This document shows, piece after piece, positions 9,093-17,762 of a stretch of DNA of 64,000 nt. Within the stretch, counting starts at the first letter, position 1. The number at the start of each line of letters is the position of its first letter. The stretch is from Dehalococcoidia bacterium. Lineage in GTDB: Bacteria > Chloroflexota > Dehalococcoidia > GIF9 > AB-539-J10. The notes under the pieces were generated by a model. The model saw only the letters and a list, made by a program, of their open reading frames with translations, ran no database searches and was not told the origin of the DNA. The DNA lies in NCBI GenBank assembly GCA_021162545.1, contig JAGGYM010000060.1, positions 1,999 to 65,998 on the forward strand, read 5' to 3'. A program made the position numbers and the translations under genes.

Positions 9093-10298
9093 ATGTCTGT
9101 CTCATTTGAGAGAATCCCGTCGGGGACCATCACCTCGGCGCGGGGTTTTTTAGCGGGGGCAACCCCGGCTCTAATTAAGAAAAACGGCGAGCTGGACCTG
9201 GCTGTGCTCTATTCCCGGGTACCCTGTGCCGCAGCGGGCCTTTTCAGCACCAACCAGATTAAATCTGCTCCTGTGATTCTGTCACAGAAAAACCTCTTGA
9301 AGGGGAGAGCGCAGGCGATAGTAGCGAATTCCGGCTGTGCTAATGCCTGCCTTGGCGAGCAAGGAATGGCCGATGCCCGCAAGATGGCGCGGTTGGGAGC
9401 ATCGAAGCTGGGCATAGTTTCGGAAAATGTTCTGGTCGCCAGTACCGGCGTGATAGGGGTCCCGCTACCCATGGACAAAATTAGTTCAGCGATCTCTGAA
9501 ATCAGGACCGACAGGGAAGGCGGCCATGATTTCGCCCGGGCGATAATGACCACGGACACTACGCCCAAGGAGATCGCCCTGAAAGTTATCTGTAAGGAAG
9601 GAGAATTCGTGGTGGGAGGAGCGGCCAAGGGTGCCGGCATGATACACCCCGACATGGCTACCATGCTCTGTTTCATAACTACGGATGCCCGTGTAGAGGG
9701 AGAGTTTCTGCACCTGGCTTTGAAGAGAGCGGTAGATGTCTCTTTCAACATGGTCAGCATTGACGGTGACACCAGCCCCAGCGATAGCGTTTTCCTGCTG
9801 GCCAACGGTATGGCTGACAACGAAATGCTGGATTATGTCAATGGGGAGGCCTTTCAGGTGGCTCTGCGGGAGGTGTGCATATACCTGGCCAGGTCCATAG
9901 CACAGGATGGTGAAGGGGCAACCAGGCTGATTCAGGTTTCCGTAACTGGAGCGAAGGATGAAGCCCAGGCTCACCGTGCAGCTCGAACCGTCGTCAGTTC
10001 ACCGCTGGTAAAGACAGCGGTTTATGGGAACGACCCCAACTGGGGGCGTGTCGTCGTTGCAATGGGAAGGAGTGGGGCGGAAGTAGCAGAGGAGAAGCTG
10101 GATGTTTACCTCAATGACGTCCAGCTGATGCAGCGGGGGCGTCCCGTTCCCTTCGATGAAGAGGAGATGAGGCAGTCGCTGCGAGGGGACGAGGTATGTA
10201 TCGGGCTGTGCCTCAACCTGGGAGAAGGAGAGGCCGTTGCCTGGGGATGTGACCTATCTCCCGAGTATGTTAAGATAAACAGCGAATATACTACCTGA
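9093..10298 (+). CDS. argJ: Bifunctional ornithine acetyltransferase / N-acetylglutamate synthase ArgJ
   Basis: ATML autoproteolysis motif with catalytic Thr (GGAAKGAGMIHPDMATMLCFITTDA). ArgJ-like N-terminus (IPSG...RGF.AG). An upstream in-frame ATG exists at 9030, but it covers an unusually AT-rich segment more likely to be promoter. Confidence 0.85.
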   Translation: MSVSFERIPSGTITSARGFLAGATPALIKKNGELDLAVLYSRVPCAAAGLFSTNQIKSAPVILSQKNLLKGRAQAIVANSGCANACLGEQGMADARKMARLGASKLGIVSENVLVASTGVIGVPLPMDKISSAISEIRTDREGGHDFARAIMTTDTTPKEIALKVICKEGEFVVGGAAKGAGMIHPDMATMLCFITTDARVEGEFLHLALKRAVDVSFNMVSIDGDTSPSDSVFLLANGMADNEMLDYVNGEAFQVALREVCIYLARSIAQDGEGATRLIQVSVTGAKDEAQAHRAARTVVSSPLVKTAVYGNDPNWGRVVVAMGRSGAEVAEEKLDVYLNDVQLMQRGRPVPFDEEEMRQSLRGDEVCIGLCLNLGEGEAVAWGCDLSPEYVKINSEYTT

Positions 10299-10326
10299 TC
10301 TGATATGGCGCGCCTTACAGCTGAGC

Positions 10327-11088
10327 ATGAAACTGATAGTAATTAAGATTGGCGGCAGCACCATGGGCAATCAGGACACCACCCTGGAAGACCTGGTGGA
10401 GTTGCAGAAGCAGGGCATATCGCCGGTGGTGGTTCATGGAGGAGGCAGGGTAATTTCCGAATGGCATTCCCGTCTGGGGATCTCCGTCAGCTTTGTGCAG
10501 GGGCTGCGGGTAACCGACGTCGAAAGCATGGAGGTCGTGGCTGCCGTGCTTGGCGGCCTGGTTAATAAGAAACTGGTGATAAAAATCCAGTCCCTGGGAG
10601 GGAAAGCCCTCGGGATCAGTGGTAGCGACGGCAATTTGCTGCAGGCGGAGATAAAAGACCCCGAACTGGGTTATGTCGGAGAAATCATCGCCGTCAACCC
10701 TGTCCCACTAAGAGTAATGCTGGAAGCAGGCTATATCCCGGTAGTGGCACCGATAAGTTCCGGCACGGTTGACGATCAGGTGACGCTGCTCAACGTCAAC
10801 GGAGATACCGCTGCCGGAGCGATAGCTGCCGCGCTGCATGCCGACAAGCTGGTCTTTATGACCAACGTCGAGGGCATCCTTGACAGTTCGGGAAAAGTCA
10901 TCTCCAGGCTCAATACCGCGGAAGCGAAGAACCTGCTCAACTCGGGAGTAATCTCAGGAGGCATGATTCCCAAAGTGGAAGCCTGTCTCAGTGCCCTGGC
11001 CTTGGTGCCCAGCGTGAGTATCGTTGACGGCACGCGGGCCCGGGCCTTACTTGCCGGGAAAGGAGGAACAACCATTGCACCAGAATAA
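10327..11088 (+). CDS. argB: Acetylglutamate kinase ArgB
   Basis: 253 aa. Amino-acid kinase family motifs (VIKIGGS, VVHGGG). Position in the arg operon. Confidence 0.9.
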   Translation: MKLIVIKIGGSTMGNQDTTLEDLVELQKQGISPVVVHGGGRVISEWHSRLGISVSFVQGLRVTDVESMEVVAAVLGGLVNKKLVIKIQSLGGKALGISGSDGNLLQAEIKDPELGYVGEIIAVNPVPLRVMLEAGYIPVVAPISSGTVDDQVTLLNVNGDTAAGAIAAALHADKLVFMTNVEGILDSSGKVISRLNTAEAKNLLNSGVISGGMIPKVEACLSALALVPSVSIVDGTRARALLAGKGGTTIAPE

Positions 11089-12277
11089 ATGGCAGGAACT
11101 GGAAGAGAAGCTGTTTTTACGGACGTTCAGTAGAATTCCCCTAACGCTGGTTCGCGGGCAGGGTGCCCGGGTGTGGGATGACTCGGGTAAAGAGTATCTT
11201 GATTTCGTTGGTGGCTGGGCAGTGAACTGTCTGGGCCACTGCCCTCCGGTAGTGGTTGAAGCTCTGGAGAAGCAAGCCAGGACGTTAATTCAGACATCCA
11301 ACCAGTTTTATACCATCCCCCAAATAGAGCTGGCTCAGCTCCTGGTGCAGCATAGTTGCCTCGACAGAGTCTTTCTCTGCAATAGTGGAACCGAAGCTAA
11401 TGAAGGAGCGGTAAAGCTGGCTCGCCGCTATGGCAAGCTTTACCTGGGTGGTGCCTATGAAGTTATCACTGCCGAGAACTCCTTTCACGGACGAACCATG
11501 TCCATGACTGCGGCCACGGGACAGAGCAAGTTTCAGGAACCCTATACACCCTTGCCTGGAGGATTTGTCAGCGTGAAGTACGATGACGCAGAGGCCATCA
11601 GAACAGCGACTACAGAGCGAACCTGTGCCGTAATGCTGGAACCGATTCAGGGAGAGGGCGGAGTTAACGTGCCCCATGAAACATACCTTGAAGAAGTGGC
11701 GCAGTGGTGTCGCGAAAAGAGCATCCTCTTTATGCTGGATGAAATACAGACAGGCGTGGGGCGCACGGGAAGCCTTTTTGCCTATGAACAATGCCGCGTT
11801 GAGCCAGACATCATGACTCTGGCCAAGGGGCTGGCCAGCGGTGTACCTATAGGAGCTTTTCTGGCCAAGGAAAAATATTCTCTTTTTTCCGCCGGTGAAC
11901 ATGGCTCTACCTTTGGCGGCAATCCCCTGACCTGTGCTGCTGCTTATGCCACAATGAGATATATGATTGATAACGACATACCAGGGCAGGTTAACCGGGT
12001 AGGGAAATATTTCACCGGCGAGCTGGAAAGGTTGCAGCAACAATTTACCGGCATAGACGACGTCAGAGGAAGAGGACTCCTGCTGGCCATGGAATTCAGC
12101 GAAGAGGTCGCTCAAGAGGTAGTTATGGCATGTCTGGATAAGGGGCTGTTGCTCAACAAGCTGAGGCCCAACATTGTCCGGTTCATACCCCCACTCATCA
12201 TCACGGAAAAGGATGTCGATGAGGCAATCGGCATTTTAGAACAAGTTTTAACTGAGAGAAGCGAGGAGGCATCATGA
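11024..12277 (+). CDS. argD: Acetylornithine aminotransferase ArgD (class III PLP aminotransferase)
   Basis: 417 aa. PLP-lysine region (LAKGLASG) and class-III aminotransferase motifs. The 5' end overlaps argB. An in-frame TTG at about 11075 is a plausible true start. Confidence 0.85.
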   Translation: MTARGPGPYLPGKEEQPLHQNKWQELEEKLFLRTFSRIPLTLVRGQGARVWDDSGKEYLDFVGGWAVNCLGHCPPVVVEALEKQARTLIQTSNQFYTIPQIELAQLLVQHSCLDRVFLCNSGTEANEGAVKLARRYGKLYLGGAYEVITAENSFHGRTMSMTAATGQSKFQEPYTPLPGGFVSVKYDDAEAIRTATTERTCAVMLEPIQGEGGVNVPHETYLEEVAQWCREKSILFMLDEIQTGVGRTGSLFAYEQCRVEPDIMTLAKGLASGVPIGAFLAKEKYSLFSAGEHGSTFGGNPLTCAAAYATMRYMIDNDIPGQVNRVGKYFTGELERLQQQFTGIDDVRGRGLLLAMEFSEEVAQEVVMACLDKGLLLNKLRPNIVRFIPPLIITEKDVDEAIGILEQVLTERSEEAS

Positions 12278-13479
12278 CAAAGAAAATAGTACTGGCTTAC
12301 AGTGGTGGCCTGGACACTTCGGCTGCCGTGCCCTGGCTTAAGGAAAAGTACAAAGCCGAAGTCATCACCTTTACCGTGGACGTGGGTAACGTAGTCGATG
12401 CCGAGGCTATCCGTAAAAAGGCCCTTGACGTGGGAGCGCTAAAAGCTTTCGTGGTTGATGCCAGAGAAGAATTTGTCAATTCTTACATCTTTCCCGCTCT
12501 CAAGGCCGATGCCATGTATGAGGGCAAGTACCCCCTGGCTACAGCGCTGGGACGCCCCCCCATCGTCAAACTCATGGTGGAGAGAGCGCAGAAAGAAGGA
12601 GCAACGGCGGTGGCACACGCCTGCACCGGCAAGGGGAACGATCAGGTGAGATTTGATGTGGGCGTGGCAACTCTTGCCCCCGAGCTTGAGATCATAGCTC
12701 CCGCCAGAGAGTGGAACATGACCAGGGAGCAAACCATAGCCTATGCCAAAACTCACAACGTGCCCGTTCCCGTTACCGTGGATAACCCCTATTCCATTGA
12801 CGATAGCCTGTGGGGCAGGGCCATCGAATGTGGCGTCCTGGAAGACCCCTGGAACGAGCCTCCCGAGAATATCTTCATCTGGACAAAGGCCATCAAAGAC
12901 ACTCCCGACAAACCGGCTTATGTGGAAATCGGATTCGATAAGGGCATACCCGTGAGCCTGGATGGCGAGGAGATGGAAGGCCTTGCTCTTATCAAGCACC
13001 TGCACGAAATGGCAGGAGAGCACGGCGTGGGCAGAATTGACATGGTGGAAAACAGGCTGGTGGGCCTCAAGTCGAGGGAGGTTTACGAAGCACCGGCAGC
13101 CATAGTGCTGCTCAAGGCACATCAGGCACTACAGGACCTGACGTTGACCAAAGACCAGTTGCGCTTCAAAGCCAGGGTGGCTGCTGAGTATTCCGACCTG
13201 GTTTACAACGGCCTGTGGTTCAGCGGCCTGCGCCAGGATCTGGCGGCCTATGTGGAAAGCACGCAACGATACGTCAGCGGGACAGTGAGGGTGAAGCTTT
13301 ACAAAGGAAACTGCCTCATAGCAGGCCGGCGGTCGCCTTATTCCCTCTACGATTACAACCTGGCCACCTATGACAAGGGCGATACCTTCAACCAGAGCGA
13401 CTCACCCGGGTTCATCCGCCTCTGGGGACTACCCACGAAGACTCAGGCCAGAGTGCAGCCGGAGCAACTCTCGAAATAG
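12274..13479 (+). CDS. argG: Argininosuccinate synthase ArgG
   Basis: 401 aa. N-terminal PP-loop AYSGGLDTS. Overlaps the argD stop (ATGA). Confidence 0.9.
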   Translation: MTKKIVLAYSGGLDTSAAVPWLKEKYKAEVITFTVDVGNVVDAEAIRKKALDVGALKAFVVDAREEFVNSYIFPALKADAMYEGKYPLATALGRPPIVKLMVERAQKEGATAVAHACTGKGNDQVRFDVGVATLAPELEIIAPAREWNMTREQTIAYAKTHNVPVPVTVDNPYSIDDSLWGRAIECGVLEDPWNEPPENIFIWTKAIKDTPDKPAYVEIGFDKGIPVSLDGEEMEGLALIKHLHEMAGEHGVGRIDMVENRLVGLKSREVYEAPAAIVLLKAHQALQDLTLTKDQLRFKARVAAEYSDLVYNGLWFSGLRQDLAAYVESTQRYVSGTVRVKLYKGNCLIAGRRSPYSLYDYNLATYDKGDTFNQSDSPGFIRLWGLPTKTQARVQPEQLSK

Positions 13480-13626
13480 CAGTTAGCCAGGGAGGTAATT
13501 CCGGGCAGTTCGTGTGGTTTTCCGTCACCTGCGTAGCCGTGAGGTCGTAGTAACCCCGGAAACTCCTTGCAACGGTAGAGATGCAACCGGCCGTCAGGGC
13601 CACGGATTAAGGCAACCAGGTAAGGT

Positions 13627-13653
13627 GTTGACAAAAGGGAAGGGAAAGTATCA
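13627..13653 (+). promoter_or_regulatory. Sigma70-like promoter candidate inside the argG-argH spacer (TTGACA ... TATCAT)
   Basis: TTGACA at 13627-13632 and TATCAT at 13648-13653. The spacer is only about 15 nt (suboptimal). Followed by a nested stem-loop (CTCC..CCAGC-AGC-GCTGG..GGAG) before the argH RBS. Confidence 0.3.
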
Positions 13654-13716
13654 TGATTTCTCCCTGATACCAGCAGCGCTGGTGGAGGGGAACTTTTATC
13701 AGGGTCGCAAGGGGAA

Positions 13717-15084
13717 ATGTTAAAGAACAAAGATAAGCTGGTAAGAAGTTACGTTGCCTCTATTTTGTTCGACCGGAGACTGTGGCGTTATGATATCGAG
13801 GGAAGCATTGCCCACACCAGGATGCTGGCCAAAGAGGGAATCATAGCTGATAGTGATGCCGCGGCGATAGTTGAAGGATTGAATGCCATCCGGGAGGAAA
13901 TCGAGGGAGGGCAGTTTCAGTTCAAGACCGAGCTCGAGGATATTCATATGAATATCGAGGCGCGGCTTTTCGAGAAGGCAGGTAACGTCGCCGGAAAGCT
14001 CCATACAGGTCGCTCCAGAAATGACCAGATAGCCCTGGATATGCGCCTTTTTCTCAAAGATGAAATCAGAAAAACCGCGGGCAGGGTAAATGACCTGCAG
14101 CGCTCGCTGGTGGAACTGGCAGAAAAAACCCGCACCGTTATCATGCCTGGTTATACCCACCTGCAGCAGGCGCAACCCATTTTGCTGGCACATCACCTGC
14201 TGGCTTATTTCGACATGTTTCAGCGTGATGCGGGCAGATTTCACGATTGCTTCAAGCGCACTGATGTCCTGCCTCTGGGCAGTGGCGCCCTGGCCGGCGT
14301 TGCTTACCCCATAGACCGGGAGTTCGTGGCCCAGCAGCTGGGTTTCTCCCGGGTCAGCACCAACAGCCTCGATGCTGTATCCGACAGAGATTTTGTCATA
14401 GAATACGAAGCGGCCTCGGCCATTGCCATGATGCATCTTTCCCGGTTGGCGGAAGAGCTCGTATTGTGGTCCTCGAGCGAGTTCGGCTTCATAGAGATCG
14501 GTCCATCTTTTACCACGGGCAGCAGTATCATGCCGCAGAAGAGAAATCCCGATGTAGCGGAACTGGCCAGAGGGAAAACCGGACGGGTGTACGGTAACCT
14601 GCTGGGGATGATGGTTTCCATGAAATCTTTGCCCCTGGCCTATAATCGAGACATGCAGGAAGACAAAGAAAGCCTTTTCGATACCGTGGACACCTTGAAT
14701 TCCAGCCTGGAAATATTTGCTGCGATGTTGAAGACGGTTAAGGTGAACGCTGAGCGCATGCGCGATGATATCAAAAAGGACTACCTCTTGGCCACCGACA
14801 TGGCGGACTATCTGGCAAAGAAGGGAGTGCCTTTTCGCGAGGCTCACGGAGTGGTAAGCAAAATCAGTGAATATGCCCTCTCCCGGGGCAAAGGGTTTGG
14901 AGAACTCTCACTGGAGGAATATCATAGGTTCTCCGCTTCTTTCCAGGAAGATGTTTTTTCCCTCGGACTGGAAGCTTCGCTGGCGGCGCGCGACACAGCC
15001 GGTGGAACTTCGCCCCGGCAGATAGAAATGGCACTGAGGAGAGCCAGGGAGAAACTCTCTTCTTCCCTCATGGAGGAGGAATAG
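13717..15084 (+). CDS. argH: Argininosuccinate lyase ArgH
   Basis: 455 aa. Fumarase/aspartase family signature region (GSSIMPQKRNPD). Conserved N-terminal SILFDRRLWRYDIEGSIAH. Confidence 0.9.
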   Translation: MLKNKDKLVRSYVASILFDRRLWRYDIEGSIAHTRMLAKEGIIADSDAAAIVEGLNAIREEIEGGQFQFKTELEDIHMNIEARLFEKAGNVAGKLHTGRSRNDQIALDMRLFLKDEIRKTAGRVNDLQRSLVELAEKTRTVIMPGYTHLQQAQPILLAHHLLAYFDMFQRDAGRFHDCFKRTDVLPLGSGALAGVAYPIDREFVAQQLGFSRVSTNSLDAVSDRDFVIEYEAASAIAMMHLSRLAEELVLWSSSEFGFIEIGPSFTTGSSIMPQKRNPDVAELARGKTGRVYGNLLGMMVSMKSLPLAYNRDMQEDKESLFDTVDTLNSSLEIFAAMLKTVKVNAERMRDDIKKDYLLATDMADYLAKKGVPFREAHGVVSKISEYALSRGKGFGELSLEEYHRFSASFQEDVFSLGLEASLAARDTAGGTSPRQIEMALRRAREKLSSSLMEEE

Positions 15085-15137
15085 AATAGAGAGACCCTGC
15101 CTCCCGCTTCATGGTTGCCAGGGCATGGGAATGAAGC

Positions 15138-15803
15138 ATGGAAGATAGAGTTAAGCTGGCACCATCGATACTCTCTGCCGACTTTGCCCGCCTCGGAGAG
15201 CAGGTTGCCGAGGTTACCAGAGCGGGAGCTGATTATATCCACATAGATGTCATGGATGGGCATTTCGTCCCCAACATTTCCATAGGGGCTCCCGTGGTCG
15301 CCTCTATCCGCCCCTGGACTGGCCTGCCCCTGGACGTCCACTTGATGATAGAACGCCCTGATCGTTACATCTCTGACTTCGCCGCCAGTGGGGCTGACAT
15401 CATCACCGTACACATAGAAACCTGCCCTGACATCCACGGGACGATTGAGACCATAAAGGATAAGGGCTTGAGGGCAGGGGTGTCGTTGAATCCGGCTACG
15501 CCACTAAGTTCGATAGAGGAGGGGCTCCCATACGTTGACCTGGTACTCATTATGAGCGTCAACCCCGGGTTTGGGGGGCAAGCTTTTATCCCTGAGACCT
15601 TGCCCAGGGTAACGCAGCTGCGGGAAATACTCGATCGCAGAGGATTTGCTGCCGAGATCGAGGTCGATGGCGGCATTACCAGTAGCAATGCTGGCGATGT
15701 AGTTAAAGCTGGAGCCAGAGTTCTGGTGGCGGGTTCAAGTATATTCAGGGGCAAAACAGGAATAACCCGGGGGCTAAGAGAATTGAGGGAGGCGGTAAGC
15801 TAA
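15138..15803 (+). CDS. rpe: Ribulose-phosphate 3-epimerase
   Basis: 221 aa. Conserved APSILSADF and HIDVMDGHFVPN motifs. Confidence 0.85.
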   Translation: MEDRVKLAPSILSADFARLGEQVAEVTRAGADYIHIDVMDGHFVPNISIGAPVVASIRPWTGLPLDVHLMIERPDRYISDFAASGADIITVHIETCPDIHGTIETIKDKGLRAGVSLNPATPLSSIEEGLPYVDLVLIMSVNPGFGGQAFIPETLPRVTQLREILDRRGFAAEIEVDGGITSSNAGDVVKAGARVLVAGSSIFRGKTGITRGLRELREAVS

Positions 15804-15982
15804 CTTGCTGTCTTGTGCAGCGTACGCAGGCATCTGGTGCAAATATTGACTTTTACCTTCTTACCTTCTACCATAACCGTAGTGCGATGAATGTTGGGCA
15901 ACCAGCGCCGTTTGGTGTGTCTCTTAGAATGGCTTACATTATTGCCGAACATGGATCGCTTACCACATATATCACATTTCAT
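15800..15982 (-). CDS. rpmB: 50S ribosomal protein L28
   Basis: 60 aa: MKCDICGKRSMFGNNVSHSKRHTKRRW... is the classic L28 sequence. Bacteria-specific. Confidence 0.85.
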   Translation of the reverse strand: MKCDICGKRSMFGNNVSHSKRHTKRRWLPNIHRTTVMVEGKKVKVNICTRCLRTLHKTAS

Positions 15983-16075
15983 ACAGGTTCTCCTTGCCCA
16001 GTCTCCCTGGGAAGAGGACGCACTTAACTGAGGGACAATAGTAACACAATAGAGAAATTAAATCCAAGAGGTAAT

Positions 16076-17701
16076 ATGGTAAATGCATGTAATGGTAAAA
16101 CTCTGAAGGAGATGTTCAGTACCGCAACTATCTGGCTGGAGAAGTGCGCCCCTGATATCAATGCCATAAACGTCTTCCCCGTCCCGGATGGAGATACGGG
16201 GACCAATATGCTGCTCACCATGCGTTCTGCTATAGAGGAAGCAAGCCAGAACGCGAATGGCGATGCTTCTCTGGTGGCCAAGGCAATGGCTCATGGAGCA
16301 CTGATGGGAGCACGCGGGAACTCGGGAGTTATTTTATCGCAGTTCTGGCGTGGACTGGCAAGGGGACTGGAGAATGCCAGTTTTGATGGCAGGGACTTTG
16401 CCAATGCGTTGACAGAATCGGCGCAAGCGGCTTATGAAGGCGTTGTTGACCCAGCAGAGGGAACGATCCTGACGGTGCTCAAGGACACGGCTCGGGCTGC
16501 TTGTGAGGCCGCCAGCGCAGGTTCATGTGACCTGACAGGGGTGATGGAAGTTGCCGTGGAGGCCGCCAGGGATTCGGTGGCGCGAACGCCTGATCTGCTG
16601 CCCGTTTTAAAAGAGGCGGGAGTGGTTGATGCAGGAGGAGAGGGCCTGTACATTTTGCTTGAGGGAGCGCTGTCTTCTCTGAAGGGAGAGGCGGACCGGC
16701 TACAGCATCGAACTCCTTCGGTGATTGATCCTGAGCTGTCCATGCAGCCGAAGGTAATGCAAATGCCCTCGCAGGTAGAAACGCCTTACGGATATTGCAC
16801 CAATTTTGTGCTGGAAGGATCAGATTTGGACCTGAGCAGAGTGAGAAAAGACCTGGCAAAAAAAGGTGAATCCCTGGCAATTACAGGCAATGACTCCCTG
16901 CTCAAGATTCACATTCATTGTCTTAACCCCGGGGAGGTTCTCAATTATGCCACTCGCCAGGGAAAGCTACATGAAATCAAAATCGACAACATGGACGATC
17001 AGTACGTCGAATTCCTGAAGACACAGAGAGAGAAGCTGCCCACAGTTGACGTGGCCATAGTGACAGTAGCTGCGGGAGATGGTTTCTTCAAGCTGTTCAA
17101 CGGACTGGGCAACGTAATCGTCGTACCCGGCGGGCAAACGATGAATCCCAGCGTTCGCCAGTTACTCCAGGCGGTGGAATCGGCCCCGGCGGGTGACGTC
17201 ATCCTGTTGCCCAACAACAAGAACATCGTGGCCACGGCTCGCCAGGTTATTCCCTTTACTTCGAAGAAAGTCAAAGTTGTGCCCACCAGAACTGTGCCTC
17301 AGGGCGTAGCGGCACTTCTTGCCTTTAACTATGACATGGATGTAGAAGAGAATGCACGCGTTATGGAAGAGGCAACGGGTGCAATTGTGACCATAGAGAT
17401 TGCCAAAGCGGTGAGAAAGACACAGGTCAATGACCTGAAAATAAAGAAGGGCAAACCCATTGCCATTTTGAACGATAGAGATTTGATAGCCTGTGGTGAA
17501 AATAATACAGCTGTCATCCTGGAAGCCCTGGCGAAGTCGGGGGTGGAGAAGGCAGAGATAATAACCATTTATTGCGGCGATAAAGCAAAAGCTGCAGAGA
17601 CCGATAATATAGTTAAGGAGATTCGCAACAGATATCAAAGTGAAGTTGAAGTTGTTCAGGGCGGTCAGCCCCATTATGACTATATAATATCGTTGGAATG
17701 A
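16076..17701 (+). CDS. DAK2-domain fusion protein (YloV-like)
   Basis: 541 aa. N-terminal Dak2 domain with VFPVPDGDTGTNM. C-terminal DegV/fatty-acid-kinase-like domain. The rpmB / yloV / recG arrangement is conserved in many bacteria. Confidence 0.75.
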   Translation: MVNACNGKTLKEMFSTATIWLEKCAPDINAINVFPVPDGDTGTNMLLTMRSAIEEASQNANGDASLVAKAMAHGALMGARGNSGVILSQFWRGLARGLENASFDGRDFANALTESAQAAYEGVVDPAEGTILTVLKDTARAACEAASAGSCDLTGVMEVAVEAARDSVARTPDLLPVLKEAGVVDAGGEGLYILLEGALSSLKGEADRLQHRTPSVIDPELSMQPKVMQMPSQVETPYGYCTNFVLEGSDLDLSRVRKDLAKKGESLAITGNDSLLKIHIHCLNPGEVLNYATRQGKLHEIKIDNMDDQYVEFLKTQREKLPTVDVAIVTVAAGDGFFKLFNGLGNVIVVPGGQTMNPSVRQLLQAVESAPAGDVILLPNNKNIVATARQVIPFTSKKVKVVPTRTVPQGVAALLAFNYDMDVEENARVMEEATGAIVTIEIAKAVRKTQVNDLKIKKGKPIAILNDRDLIACGENNTAVILEALAKSGVEKAEIITIYCGDKAKAAETDNIVKEIRNRYQSEVEVVQGGQPHYDYIISLE

Positions 17702-17762
17702 CGGTTCGAACCGTTGCTATTGCTGTTCCCGTGCTCGAAGCGGAACGATAGCCCGGTGTAAT

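Noticed and set aside
12439-13122. Long antisense ORFs inside argG, argH, groEL, PmbA, RNase J, glnA and others (e.g. 12439..13122, 13720..14847, 36262..37005, 49413..50393, 45482..46660, 57535..58584)
   Set aside because: Shadow ORFs typical of GC-rich DNA. Each lies fully within a confidently identified gene on the opposite strand and has low-complexity, Arg/Gly/His-rich translations without motifs.
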